A DNA stretch of 52,044 nt from Eledone cirrhosa (Eukaryota): positions 1 through 52,044 of the forward strand of contig CAXHJY010000321.1 in NCBI GenBank assembly GCA_964016885.1, given 5' to 3'. The number at the start of each line of letters is the position of its first letter. The stretch's first letter is position 1. The translations under genes and the position numbers were made by a program. Positions 28,612 to 40,633 of this stretch are shown piece by piece. The notes beneath the pieces were generated by a model that saw only the letters and a list, made by a program, of their open reading frames with translations, ran no database searches and was not told where the DNA came from.

Positions 28612-28853
28612 TTGTTTCTACTATTGGCACAAGGCCAGCAATTATTCCAGTGTATTACTGGTACTTTTAATAATTGTTTCTACTTTTGTTACAAGGCCAG
28701 CAATTATCCCAGTGTATTACTGGTACTTTATTTTATCGACTCGTAAGGATGAAAGGCAGAGTTAAACTCGGCGGGATTTGAACTCAGGCCATAAAGGGCT
28801 GGAACTCTATGCTGAAAAGCATGGCGTCCGACCCTCTACCGATACTGCCAATA
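28612..28853 (-). mobile_element. Short-tail SINE with duplicated tail, flanked by a 33-bp direct repeat
   Basis: tagtgt.tatgtgagagagaatcgtatattagt at 28580-28612 and 28857-28889. Confidence 0.85.
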
Positions 28854-29266
28854 CACTAGTGTTTATGTGAGAGAGAATCGTATATTAGTGTGTATGAGAA
28901 AGAGCAAGAGAGAGTTCGTGCGTGTAAGAGAGAGTTAGAATGAGCTTGTGCATATATTATATTAGTGTGTATAAGAGAGAGAGATGGGGGGAGAGAGATA
29001 GAGGTTTGTTCACAGACAGAGTATGGCGCCTTAATATTATCATAAACAATAGCATCCCCTTGCTATATACATTAAGAGATGATCTCCTATCTAATCAGTG
29101 ACAGTCAGTCATACTGATGGTAATGAATGGCACGATTGGCACATCGCATTGGCGATGTAATCTTACTAATTACAAATGAAATATATCACTCAGATGTTAA
29201 CCCTATTTAATCCATGGAAATCCTCAAACAATAACCTCTATGGACCTACTAAAAATAACAATAAAC

Positions 29267-29879
29267 TTAACTCTTTAACATTTAAACTTGTCATATCTGG
29301 CCAGAATTCTCTCACCTCTTCCTGTTCAAACTGGCTGTAACTAGCTACCCATACTGATGTTAATGTATTGTTCTCAAAATAAATATCAATATCTCATAGA
29401 TTCGATATTATGTGAGATAATTATGCGAGGTAAAGCCTTTACCATGAAAATAGTAAATATGGAGTAATGTAAATGTTAAAGGGTTAGACCGGCCAGAATT
29501 CTCTCACTGGTTTCTGTTCAAACTGGCTGTAACTGGCTGCTCATACTGATAATAAGGTATTGTTCTGAAAATAAATAATATCAAAATCTCATAGATCCGA
29601 TATTATGTGAGGCAAAGCCTTTACTATGAAATTATAATAGTAAATATAGAGTAATGTAAATGCTAAAGGGTTAAACCGGCCGTATCCGGCCAGAATTCTC
29701 TCACTGGTTTCTGTTCAAACCGACTGTAACCAGCCACTCATTCTGATTTTATTGTTCTCAAAATAAATAATGTCAAAATCTCATAGATTCGATATTATGC
29801 GAGATAATTATGTGAGGTAAAGCCTTTACCATGTAAATATAATAGTAGATATAGAGTATTGTAAATGCAAAAGGGCTAA
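29267..29879 (+). mobile_element. Tandem trimer of piggyBac-like MITE
   Basis: TTAActctttaacatttaaac ... aaatgctaaagggTTAA termini; three ~200-bp units ending at ~29486, 29674 and 29879. Confidence 0.75.
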
Positions 29880-29895
29880 AACATGAAGCAAAATA

Positions 29896-30196
29896 CGCAT
29901 GCGCTGAGAGCCCGAACCCGTCGCTATAGGCTAGGGTGAGGTCACGGGATGTCAATGCGTCTATTTGCGTTTCCATATTTCATCTTCTGGTTTCGAAAAT
30001 AGTGTTTATGAAAAATGTCTTGAAATATATTTCTTGAAGTCAAGACTTGACCAGATTTTCTTCTCAAAACAACAAAGAATAAAAGATATATTTAAAAAAA
30101 ATATATATGGAAGGAACAAAAAATTTTAAACAAAGAACTCGTAAAACAGTCCATGACATGTTTTAATCCGGTACTGAATAACAGTCTTTTGTGAGT
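29896..30196 (+). promoter_or_regulatory. Possible promoter/first exon: NRF1-like ACGCATGCGC, GC-richer patch, donor-like GTGAGT at 30191
   Basis: Motifs read directly; function inferred only. Confidence 0.25.
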
Positions 30197-30240
30197 GCAG
30201 TAGTATGTATATATATATATATATATGTATATTATATATG

Positions 30241-30282
<42 letters not shown>

Positions 30283-30614
30283 TATATATGTATATTATAT
30301 ATATATATATATGTATATTATATATATATATATATGTATATTATATATATATATATATGTATATTATATATATATATATTCATATATATATGTGTGTTAT
30401 ATATATGTATGTTATATATTTATATTCATATATATATGTATATTATATATATATTCATATATATATATATGTATATTATATATATATTCATATTTATATA
30501 TATGTATATTATATATATATATATATAATATATATATATATATATAATATATAAATATATTATATATATATACATATACATATATTTATATATATATATT
30601 TATATAGATATATT

Positions 30615-30681
<67 letters not shown>

Positions 30682-30974
30682 ATAAATAAATATATATATA
30701 TATATATATATACGTGTGTGTGTTAGGGAGGGGGAGAGAGAGAGAGAACGGAATAAAACCATAACGAACGCCATGTAACATAATTCATCACTGAACATTT
30801 CTATATCACGCTACATGGCGCCACATATACTGTTTTATCTTGCTGAGATTTATCATCTCTATCTACGCCCGAGAGCCTACCATAGAGTTTAAGTATTAAT
30901 AGCCTTAATCTATAGTTTCCTAAGTCATAAAATGATTATATATAATATGCCTGTGGATGCAACACTTTCGAATG

Positions 30975-31120
30975 TTTAGGAAGTCTGTTTGTCAGTTATA
31001 AAGTCCTGGTTTCTATCCCACTGTAGGACATCCTTTGTAAGTGTCATATATCATAGCCTTGGATCAACATAAACCTTGTGAGTGAAAGTGTGCTTACGGA
31101 AACTGTTTAAAAGCCTGTCA
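30975..31120 (+). mobile_element. Degenerate third SINE family relic
   Basis: tcctggtttctatcccactg...aagtgtc..tatcatagcc...ccttgtgagtg...acggaaactg resembles a common cephalopod SINE (recalled, not searched). Confidence 0.45.
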
Positions 31121-31380
31121 TGTTATTATTCAGTGAAGAATTAATTCAGAACGAACACCTCCACGACAAATGATAGTGTTTAACAAATGGAAATATGTTA
31201 ATAGTAACTTAATAATTATTATATATAATATAAAATTATTATATTATATTAATATATTATTAATATAAAATTATTATATTATATTAATATATTATTAATA
31301 TAAAATTATTATATTATATTAATATATTATTTATACAAAATTATTATATATAATATAAATTATTATATATAATATAAAAG

Positions 31381-31557
31381 CGGGGGATTGTATCGGTAGA
31401 AGGTCGGACGGCATGCTTTGACGCATAGAGTTACGGCCCTTGCCAATCTGAGTTCAAATTCCGCGAGTTATCTTTGCCTTTCATCCTAACGGAGTCGATA
31501 AAATAAAGTGCCAGAAATGCACTGGGTAATTGCTGGCCTTGTGCCAAAAGTAGAAAC
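31381..31557 (+). mobile_element. Short-tail SINE with 16-bp TSD
   Basis: atatataatataaaag at 31365-31380 and 31558-31573. Confidence 0.9.
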
Positions 31558-32021
31558 ATATATAATATAAAAGAGAGATGTTTGTTGGATGGTGTCTTCG
31601 CGTTTCACATAAAAATGAAAACTGACAATCGAAAAGTAAGGGGACCCGTTCTATTCCAATCCATTTGTCTTTGGAATCTTATAATGACTACATATACATG
31701 AGGAAAAAAAATTGAATATAAATAAATACAGTGTCCCTAGTCACTAGAGAATGTTATACAAATATATATATTTATATATACATATATGCACCCACTCACA
31801 CATACACACACACACATACCCACACACACTCACACATGCGCGCACACACACCACACACACACACATATATATATATAATTATATATTAAACAACACAATA
31901 TAATTATTACATGACCTAAAGTTTCATAAAATTAGACGATTCTAACAGAATCGTCCAGTTCTCTTATCAGATGAAATATTTATATTAAACAAAACCATTT
32001 GGGATTATTAATTTTGCTAAG

Positions 32022-32210
32022 AGGGCGGTGGATTGGCAGTATCAGTAGAGGGTCGGACGCCATGCTTTCCAGCATAGTTACGTCCCTTTACGATCTGAGT
32101 TCAAATCCCGCCGAGGGTGACTTTGCCTTTCATCCTTACGGGGTCGATAAAATAAAGTACCAGTAATGCACTGGGTAATTGCTGGCCTTGTGCCTAAAGT
32201 AGAAACAATT
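32022..32210 (+). mobile_element. Full-length short-tail SINE with 15-bp TSD
   Basis: attaattttgctaag at 32007-32021 and 32208-32222; A and B boxes intact. Confidence 0.92.
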
Positions 32211-32440
32211 AATTTTGCTAAGGAAAGATTATTGGTTATCTTAGCAATCTTTATTTTCTTCCTAATGCATTGTATGGTTTTCAAAATTATTTAAATATAT
32301 ATATATATATAACAAGGAGGGTGAGGTGAGATACCAGATGGACTACAACGCACCAGATTGGTCAATACTTACGGTAGTAGAGTGGGTGATATATATGTGT
32401 GAGTGTGTATATATGAGTGTGTATGTATATATATATATCT

Positions 32441-32650
32441 CTAAGGCGGGTAAAATTCCCGAGATCCATGGACGAGTTCTCTCCAGCGGTCTCTGTCCCT
32501 CATTATCGCTGCCATATCCTGCATCTCCAACAGACCAGTGTCTGTCCTTAGGGCATCAACATATGTTAACCTTGGTCTTCCTCTTCTAGTGTGTCCATGT
32601 AGGGGCTCACAAAGGAGCACTGAGTGCAATGTCAACTCTGGATGTCGGAT
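32441..32650 (-). mobile_element. RTE LINE 3' end (non-inverted part)
   Basis: IRHPELTLHSVLLCEPLHGHTRRGRPRLTYVDALRTDTGL...MRDRDRWRELV. Confidence 0.88.
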
Positions 32651-33172
32651 TTGATTCTGTGGACCGTCACTGCCTGATGAAGATCTTACAGGCTTATGGA
32701 ATCCCCAAGAGGATAGTGGACCTGATATCACTGATCTACACCAACACCAAAGCCCAAGTCATTACACCTGGTGGGATGACAGAGTTCTTTGAGATACTGG
32801 CTGGAGTGCTCCAGGGAGATACATTGGTTCCCTACCTTTTTATCATCGTAGTGGACTATTGTATGCGCCTTGCACTGGAGAAACACCAGGACACTGGCTT
32901 TACTGTAGCACCGGCTCAGAGCAGGAGAGTTGGGGCGAAAAAGGTATCGGATGCTGAATTTGCCGACGACATAGTTTTGGTGACAAATACAGTGAAGGAG
33001 GCAGAGGATTTGATTCGGGAGGTTGAGACTGTGTCGATGAGTGTGGGGCTGAGAATGAATGAGACTAAAACAAAATATCTGGTAGAGAATGTTGAGAAGC
33101 CAGAGGGGATCACTAATGTAGGCGGGAAGCCGCTGGAATTGGTTGAGGACTTCCTGTATTTGGGAGCAAAGA
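32650..33172 (+). pseudogene. RTE LINE reverse-transcriptase fragment (inverted relative to the adjacent 3' end)
   Basis: FDSVDR..LQAYGIP..GVLQGDTLVPYLFIIVVD..FADDIVL..GLRMNETKTK..VEDFLYLG, uninterrupted. Confidence 0.92.
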
Positions 33173-33265
33173 TATATATATATACATATACAAATATATA
33201 TATTAAAGATTCTTTAATATATATTGCTCCCAATTGGTTGAGCGCTTTTATATATATATATATTA

Positions 33266-33347
33266 ATTTATTAAAATAACAGATTAAAGTTTAAGCAAAG
33301 AAAGCAGCGATTCTTTGCTTAAACTTTAATCTGTTATTTTAATAAAT
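33266..33347. repeat. Perfect 37-bp inverted repeat with 8-nt spacer (family Y)
   Basis: atttattaaaataacagattaaagtttaagcaaagaa / agcagcga / exact reverse complement. Confidence 0.92.
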
Positions 33348-33450
33348 ATTTGTTCTACGGTTCTTATATATTTGATATATATTTATCCTTATCGAGCCCT
33401 CTTTGGATTTTAGTCTTCAAATTTATTATTATTACTATTATTATTATTAT

Positions 33451-33502
<52 letters not shown>

Positions 33503-33521
33503 AGAGAGAGAGAGAGAGATG

Positions 33522-33630
33522 ACTAAACTTAACACCTATAAAGATAAATAGAGAGCGAATGGTGACTAGATAGATACACACGTATATAGTGTGAGAGGGC
33601 CCTTAATGTAGTGCACTCTGATGGCTAGCT
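33522..33630. repeat. Family Z repeat, near-identical to 35028-35137
   Basis: actaaacttaacacctataaagataaatagagagcgaatg...gagagggcccttaatgtagtgcac in both, each following (TA)n. Confidence 0.85.
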
Positions 33631-33820
33631 GAAGGCTTGCATGTCAAATGAACTTAATATTAATAGGTTATTATAACCTACAGCTTTATATGAAGCGTTT
33701 ACATATAAGTGTTTGACAATCAGTCCTCCCATTTAAGGGCTTTACTGACGTAAGCAATAATTGGAAATCTACTTCGCCTACAAATATTCTACTTCACTTA
33801 GGAAACTGTACATATATATA

Positions 33821-33925
<105 letters not shown>

Positions 33926-34092
33926 TTATATATATATTTATATATATATATATATTTATATATATATTTATTTATATATATATATTTATTTATATATATT
34001 TATATGACCCTCCCCAAATATAACAATATATATTTATATATATATTTATATATATATATTTATATATATTTATATATATTTATATATTTATG

Positions 34093-34123
<31 letters not shown>

Positions 34124-34764
34124 TTATATATTTATGTATATATATTATATGATATATACATACATATATATATATATTATATGATATATATACATACATA
34201 TATATATATATTATATGATATATATATACATACACATATATATATATATATTATATGATATATATATATACATACATATATATATATATATTATATGATG
34301 GATATATATGTATCTATATATATTATATGATATATATAGATACATACATATATATATATGTTTATATATATATATATTTTTTTTTTTTATCATTTATTTG
34401 GTTTGACCTGTTTAGCTTGATTTGTTTTTTGGCTTAGGTGGTTAATGCCTTCTTCACCACCTTTTCAGTTTGTATGGCGTTTTAACATATTGTTTAGCTC
34501 TAGTTTTTTAACTATTGGAGCGCTTGGCAGCATATCTACGATTTTGCTTTTCGTTCCGCTTTTTCTACCAACCGAAATACGATTCTCGCTGAATTTATAT
34601 TTTTATATATATATATATAAGTTATTAGCTCACCGTTGTTCTCGGTAATGGTGGACTAACTGTTGTGGAACGACTTCTGCCAAATTTGTCCCATGGACTG
34701 AGTGCTCTACTGCTACAGATATAACGCACCAGTGTTCTACTATTATATATATATATATATATAT

Positions 34765-34957
34765 AACGAAGGAAATGTGGTAAGGAACCAGGTGGACCAT
34801 AACGCACCAAAGTACTCAATACTTGAGGTAGTAGAGTGGGTAATAGGAACCAGTAAGACCCCGACAGCTGAGCTCAAGCCGTTTCGACGGCTAATTCTGA
34901 GTCCAGAATTAGCCGTCGAAACGGCTTGAGCTCAGCTGTCGGGGTCTTACCGGTTCC

Positions 34958-34962
<5 letters not shown>
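34765..34962. mobile_element. Family X fold-back copy (59-bp arms, 1 mismatch, 4-nt spacer)
   Basis: 34841-34899 versus 34904-34962, embedded in (TA)n on both sides. Confidence 0.85.
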
Positions 34963-35017
<55 letters not shown>

Positions 35018-35158
35018 AGAAGAGGTTACTAAACTTAACACCTATAAAGATAAATAGAGAGCGAATGAAGACTAGATAGATACACACGGATATAGTGTGA
35101 GAGGGCCCTTAATGTAGTGCACACTGGTGGTTAGCTGTATGCTGGGTCTGTCAACCCT

Positions 35159-35201
<43 letters not shown>

Positions 35202-35454
35202 TGTTTTGCAAGATTTCTTATCTGAGAGCATGTGTTGAAGCAGATATTGTTATACTTAGGGAGGGACATGCTGGCAATAAGAACACTCACCTGTTGGTTT
35301 TCACTTCAAGGTATTATAAATTTCCGGTTCAATAACCGGAAGGTTGTTTATATATTTTCAAATCTCTTTCGTCACGCCAACTCTGTTCCGATGGTGGTGA
35401 GTAGGGCGATAGTTAGCTCTAGTGCCAAGGACACCCCAAGTCTCTACAATAGTG

Positions 35455-35679
35455 ATTTTTACTATAGTTATAAGATCACCAATTTTTGGGGAAGGAAAAG
35501 TCGATTAAATCGATCCCAGTACGTTACTGGTACATTATTTATTTCTACCCCGTTAGGATTAAGATGAAAGGCAAAGCTAACCTCGGCTTGGATTTGAGCT
35601 CAGAACGTAAAGGGACGAAACTCCATGCTGCCAAACATGGTGTCCAACGCTCTACTAATACTGACAATACTCCGCCTTA
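35455..35679 (-). mobile_element. Long-tail SINE
   Basis: Reverse complement of head, core and the gtcgatttaatcgac tail. Confidence 0.85.
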
Positions 35680-35716
35680 GAAGTCTCCACTACAATGACA
35701 GGAAGATAGAATTTAG

Positions 35717-35768
35717 GTCACTGAGCAACATCTGATATTGCTAACATCAGTCTAGGTTTCCTAGCAAC
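35717..35768. promoter_or_regulatory. Two RFX X-box-like motifs
   Basis: GTCACTGAGCAAC (35717-35729) and GTTTCCTAGCAAC (35756-35768). Confidence 0.4.
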
Positions 35769-36498
35769 ATTTTACATAACTTCCCCGTTGTTCTGTCTAG
35801 TGCAGTGTGCAGATGGTTGTTCTTAGCTGTCTTTGCTGTTTAGTTAATGTTTCGTTGCTGTAATTCCAGATATGAGTTACATGAGAAATCAATACAACAA
35901 TCGACAAATGTATTCCCAAAACAGGATGTTTGTCTCACATACTTCCGTATTTTCTTAATCTTACACAGAGCTACAAAACGCAAACACTCGTTCACTCAAT
36001 CTCACTCACAAACACACTCACACACACACACACTCTCACTCATTCACTCACACACACTCACTCTCACTCATTCACTCACACACACACACACACACACTCA
36101 CTCTCACTCATTGACTCATACACTCACTCAGTCACACTCCCACACACTCACTCACTCACTCTCACTCACTCCCACACTCACTCACTCATATATACCGTAT
36201 ATGGTTCAAATAGAACGTGAACAAATTTAAAACAACCCTATGCCATTCATAAATTCATACAAACGTAAACCATGAAACTACCCATGAAACCCTACCGCAA
36301 ATTAAAAAGATATGGAGTGACCGACAAATAAATATATATATATAATAAATGTGAAGACTAAAATCCGAAGTGAGCTTGATAAGGATTATATATATAAACC
36401 GTAGAGTAAATTTTCATTAAAATAACAGATTACCCGTTAAGAGTGAAACCAGCGATTCTTTGCTTAAACTTTACATATATATATGCCAATCCACCTAA

Positions 36499-36604
36499 CA
36501 AAATCTCATAGATTCGATATTATGTGAGATAATTATGTAAGATAAAGATTTTACCACAAAAATACAATAGTAAATATAGAGTAATGTAAATGCTATAGGG
36601 TTAA
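36499..36604 (+). mobile_element. piggyBac-like MITE right half
   Basis: caaaatctcatagattcgatattatgtgag...aaatgctatagggTTAA. Confidence 0.75.
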
Positions 36605-37006
36605 ACACTGAAGTTCACTGAAGTACAAACCCCGCACGAGGTGGACCTTCGTAACAGCATTGAGTGCTTTAACTGGTGAACCGCCTATAACTATTGTTAC
36701 ACACATATTTACCATATATATATATATTTATATATATATATATATATATATATAAATATATATATATGTATACTTTCAGTAAATGTATATATATATATAT
36801 TTCAGTATAAGATTATTTAGTATCATGATTTGACGTCTTCTGTCTATCCACTGTTAGTTTATGTGCTTGTATGTACGTGTGTGTGCTTGTATAGTGTTAT
36901 CAGTATGGCTGTGCTTGTGTATGTGTGTAGCTAACTATTACTATCTATCTGTATTATGTGACCGTCTTTTAGCTAGTATGTCGGAATTTGTTGGAAAATA
37001 TAGCTT

Positions 37007-37130
37007 CGCCGCCATCTTGTCTGCAGTCTGACCATCGATAAAAATGTCTGATAGCCGAGTCATGCGTTGAGATATATGTTAGCAAATAAACAGCTGTGTA
37101 ATCACACACACAGAACATTGCTGAGTAAGT
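37007..37130 (+). promoter_or_regulatory. YY1 motif CGCCGCCATCTTG, DRE-like CATCGATA and donor-like GTAAGT (possible TSS/first exon)
   Basis: Motifs at 37007-37019, 37033-37040 and 37125-37130 in unique sequence. Confidence 0.3.
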
Positions 37131-37244
37131 AAGATTAAAACAAGATTGTATTTTTGTTGTTTTTGAATTTGTTGTCTTTTCTGGTTTCGATGCATTTTTT
37201 TTTTTTTCGGTTGGTTGTTAATATTAGTGGCTTTAGTTGTGGTT

Positions 37245-37774
37245 GTGTTTGGTGATGTTATTAGTGACTGTAATGGTGGTGGTTGTGTGTTAGTGCTGTA
37301 GTTGTAGTTGTTGTTAGTGTTGCAGTCGTGGTTGTTATTAGTGCTATAGTTGTTGTGGTTATTAGTGACTTTAGTTGTAGTTGTTGGGGTTATTAGTGTT
37401 GTAGTTGTGGTTGTTGTTATTAATGCTGTGGTTGTTTTTGTTATTAGTGACTGCAGTTGTGGTTGTTGTTAGTGCTGCAGTTGTGGTTGTAGTGTTGTTA
37501 GTGCTGTAGTTGTAGTTGCTGTTAGTGTTGCAGTCGTGGTTGTTATTAGTGCTGTAGTTGTTGTGATTATTAGTGGCTTTAGTTGTAGTTGTTGGGGTTA
37601 TTAGTGTTGTAGTTGTGGTTGTTTTTGTTATTAGTGACTGCAGTTGTGGTTGTTGTTAGTGCTGCAGTTGTGGTTGTAGTGTTGTTAGTGCTGTAGTTGT
37701 AGTTGTTGTTGTTGTTAGTGCTGCAGTCGTGGTTGTGATTATTAGTAGCTGTAGTTGTGGTTGTTATTAGTGCT
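37245..37774. repeat. GTT-based minisatellite (21-24-bp units) with ~200-bp higher-order duplication
   Basis: tagtgctgtagttgtagttg..gttagtg.tgcagtcgtgg recurs at 37291, 37499 and 37686. Confidence 0.85.
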
Positions 37775-38008
37775 TTACGGTCTCTGTTCAAATCCCGCCG
37801 AGGTTAACTTTGCCTTTCATCTTTACGGGGTCGATAAAATAAAGTACCAGTAACGTACTGGTACTTTATTTTACTGGTACTCGATTTAATCGACTTTCCC
37901 ATCCCACAAAGTTGCTGGCCTTGTGCCTATATAAGAAACCATTATTATTATTAGTAATACCCTGAGATAATTGCTGGCCTTGTGCCAAAAGTAGAAACAA
38001 TTATTATT
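37775..38008 (+). mobile_element. 5'-truncated long-tail SINE plus extra short tail
   Basis: Core and both tail types; ttattagtgct flanks both sides. Confidence 0.85.
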
Positions 38009-38576
38009 AGTGCTGTAGTTGTGGTTGCTGTTGTTGCTGTTGTTGGTTTTTGCTAGCTGCTGCTGCTGATATTGCTGTTGTGTTGGTATTGTTGTCGTTG
38101 TGATTGGTGTAGTTGTTGCTATTGTTGTTATTGGTGTTGTTGTTGTGTCTGGTGTCCGTGTTTGGCTGGTTGCTGATATTGATGTTGTCGTCGTTGTCTT
38201 TTTGTTGTTGTTGTTGATTGTTTATATTGTCGTTGTTGTTATTGTTGTTACATTTGTTTTTTTCCCGGCTGTGGTGGTCGTGGTGGTGGTGGTAGTGATG
38301 GTGGTGTTGGTTATGTTGGTGGTAAAATTGGTGGGGTTGGTTGAGGGAGTTTGCTAGTAACCGTGCTGGTGGTGGGAGTGATGACAATAGTGTTTCAGTT
38401 GTTGTTCTTATTATTGTCATAGTTTTTATGTATTTTGGTTTTGGGTATTTGAGAATTATATTTCTTCCTCTCCCCATCTTTCTCTCCTCTCCCTCATCTC
38501 TCTCTCGTCTCCCCCATCTCTCTCTCTTTCTCTCCTCCCGCTTTCTTTCTCTCTATCTCTATATATATGTTTGTGC

Positions 38577-38612
<36 letters not shown>

Positions 38613-40426
38613 CTCTCTCTCTCGCGCTCTCTCTCTCTCTATATATATATATTAAATGGTATTTCTCATTCATGCTTTAATTCCTAATTAGACCTGATTG
38701 TCGCGTTTTCCTCTCGTTGTCATCGATGTGTTCAATGATAAATTGATTTTTAATTTTAGATTCTCTTTTATTCAACTCAGTATTTTCATATAAATGAAAA
38801 TAAAAAAACATACCCGTATTCTCTATAACAGAATACACAATATAATTAGGAAGGCACTAGACGATACCCATCAACGATATGAGCCCAAAAGCGGCCACTG
38901 GATTGCTTGAAATCGCAACCAATTTACCATCTTCAAAACAATAGTGAAATACATGTTGGAGAATATCGTAGATATATTTTTACAATCCGTGACAATCGTG
39001 GTTGGAATGTCTTTGCTGAATGCCGCCTAGATTAGGGTTTAGCTAGTGAAGGCGTGTGGCTGATTAGTTAGAGAACTGGATTCGCAATCGTGAGGTTGTC
39101 AGTTCGAATCCTTGACCGGACGATGCGTTATATCCTTGAGCAAGACACTTTCTTTCACGTTGCTCCTTCTACCTTTAGTTTTGACCGATAGATAATATCA
39201 GCAATTGGAAAGACCAACGGAAACATTGTTTCCTTGGTCCGAATTGACGAAAGTTGATCGACAAATTATTTAGGATTACATGACAACGGAATATCCTCTG
39301 TGCAAACATGACTGTAAGGTTAAAATGCCTGTTTCGGAATTGCAAGCAGCTCTCCCGTTGATTCGGAATAATCACGTTAGATGTCATTCCATTACAATCT
39401 CGTTAAACTAAACTTATCATTCCACAATAACATTCAACCGCCATTATCCCCATACATTGATTAGGTCACCAGCACTCCTAGACTGTACATGACTACAATG
39501 GATTCAATATCGACCAAATATATTATGATTTTCACTAATAAATATAATTCATATATTCAGAATGTTGGACAACATACTGAATAATGTTAATACTTTTCTG
39601 AACGCCATTGTCATTCCCAGACAACTACCTCATCTCCTCGTTTTTCTCTTTGGGAAAAGAGCATCTAATGTTTAAAACATAGTAATATGCCTAAAAACAC
39701 ATTTACTCTTGTTGTTTAAGAAAACAGAAGAAAAAAAGAATATTTTAAAATAATCATATAGACCTTACGTATGTTTCCCTGCACAGAAAACTTTCATAAC
39801 GAGGTTGCAGACAATGGCGTCTGTCATTGCATATATTGGCGTTCTCGCATATAAAAAATATTTTATTTCTTTTCGCCATTGGCGTCTAGGATTGGATCTG
39901 TGGTATTTCATGCTGTGTTCGCTATATACTCCGATATATGGTATAAATGCTCCAAAATTTTCCTTTCACTCTTCCGGGATCGATAAAATTAAGTACCAGT
40001 CTAACACTAGAGAAGTCGATATAACTGACTTTTCCACCACCAATACGAAATTAAATTGCTGAACTTCTACCTATTTTAGAAATCAGTCTGTGTAGGTAGC
40101 TATATGAGTCTGTATCTGTGTATGACTGGGAGCATATGTGTCTATACGCATATGTGTGTGTGTGTGTATGTGAGCGTTTTATCTGCTTGTGTATGCGTGT
40201 AGGAAGAATCTGGAGGGTGTCGAATATGTCGTTACTGCTAATGGAACACCGTCGCTTGCATCGATGACTGTACGAGTTGATTCCATCAACGGAACAATCT
40301 ACTCATATAATTACCATGCAAATAGCTGAGAATTCCATTCCATAGACACGTGTACCTTTAACGTAATACAGTGTGTGACAATCTTGAATGTCTTTTGAAT
40401 CATAGTTACAGCTAATTTCTTCTGCT

Positions 40427-40633
40427 AATGATTTCTAGTATAGGCACAAGGCCAGTAATTTGGGGGAAGGGAAAGTCGATTAAATCGACCCCAGTACATT
40501 ACTGGTGCCTTATTTTATCGATCCCGTAAGGATGAAAGGCAAAGTTAACCTCAGTGGTATTAGAACTCAGATCATAAAGGACCGTAACTCTTTGCATGGC
40601 GTCCGACTCTCTACCGATACTGCCAATCCACCG
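40427..40633 (-). mobile_element. Long-tail SINE next to relics of other SINE families
   Basis: Reverse complement of the full consensus. A CORE-like head follows at 40633-40722 and another repeat relic lies at 40249-40420. Confidence 0.88.

Noticed and set aside
32022-32115. tRNA genes at SINE heads (also 16821-16890 and 39048-39120)
   Set aside because: A/B boxes are present but no complete cloverleaf is evident; each continues into a SINE body and tail.
35367-35447. Minus-strand peptide VETWGVLGTRA / LLTTIGTELA resembling a restriction-like endonuclease retroelement C-terminus
   Set aside because: Short, requires a frameshift, and the rest of the motif is absent; too weak to call.
38007-38477. 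156-aa Q/N/H-rich ORF
   Set aside because: Built from (GTT)/(GGT) trinucleotide tracts; no splice or domain support.
39179-39318. Plus-strand exon between ctttAG and GTAAGG
   Set aside because: Stops in all frames, and the acceptor tract is the end of a SINE relic. A UTR exon cannot be excluded but has no support.
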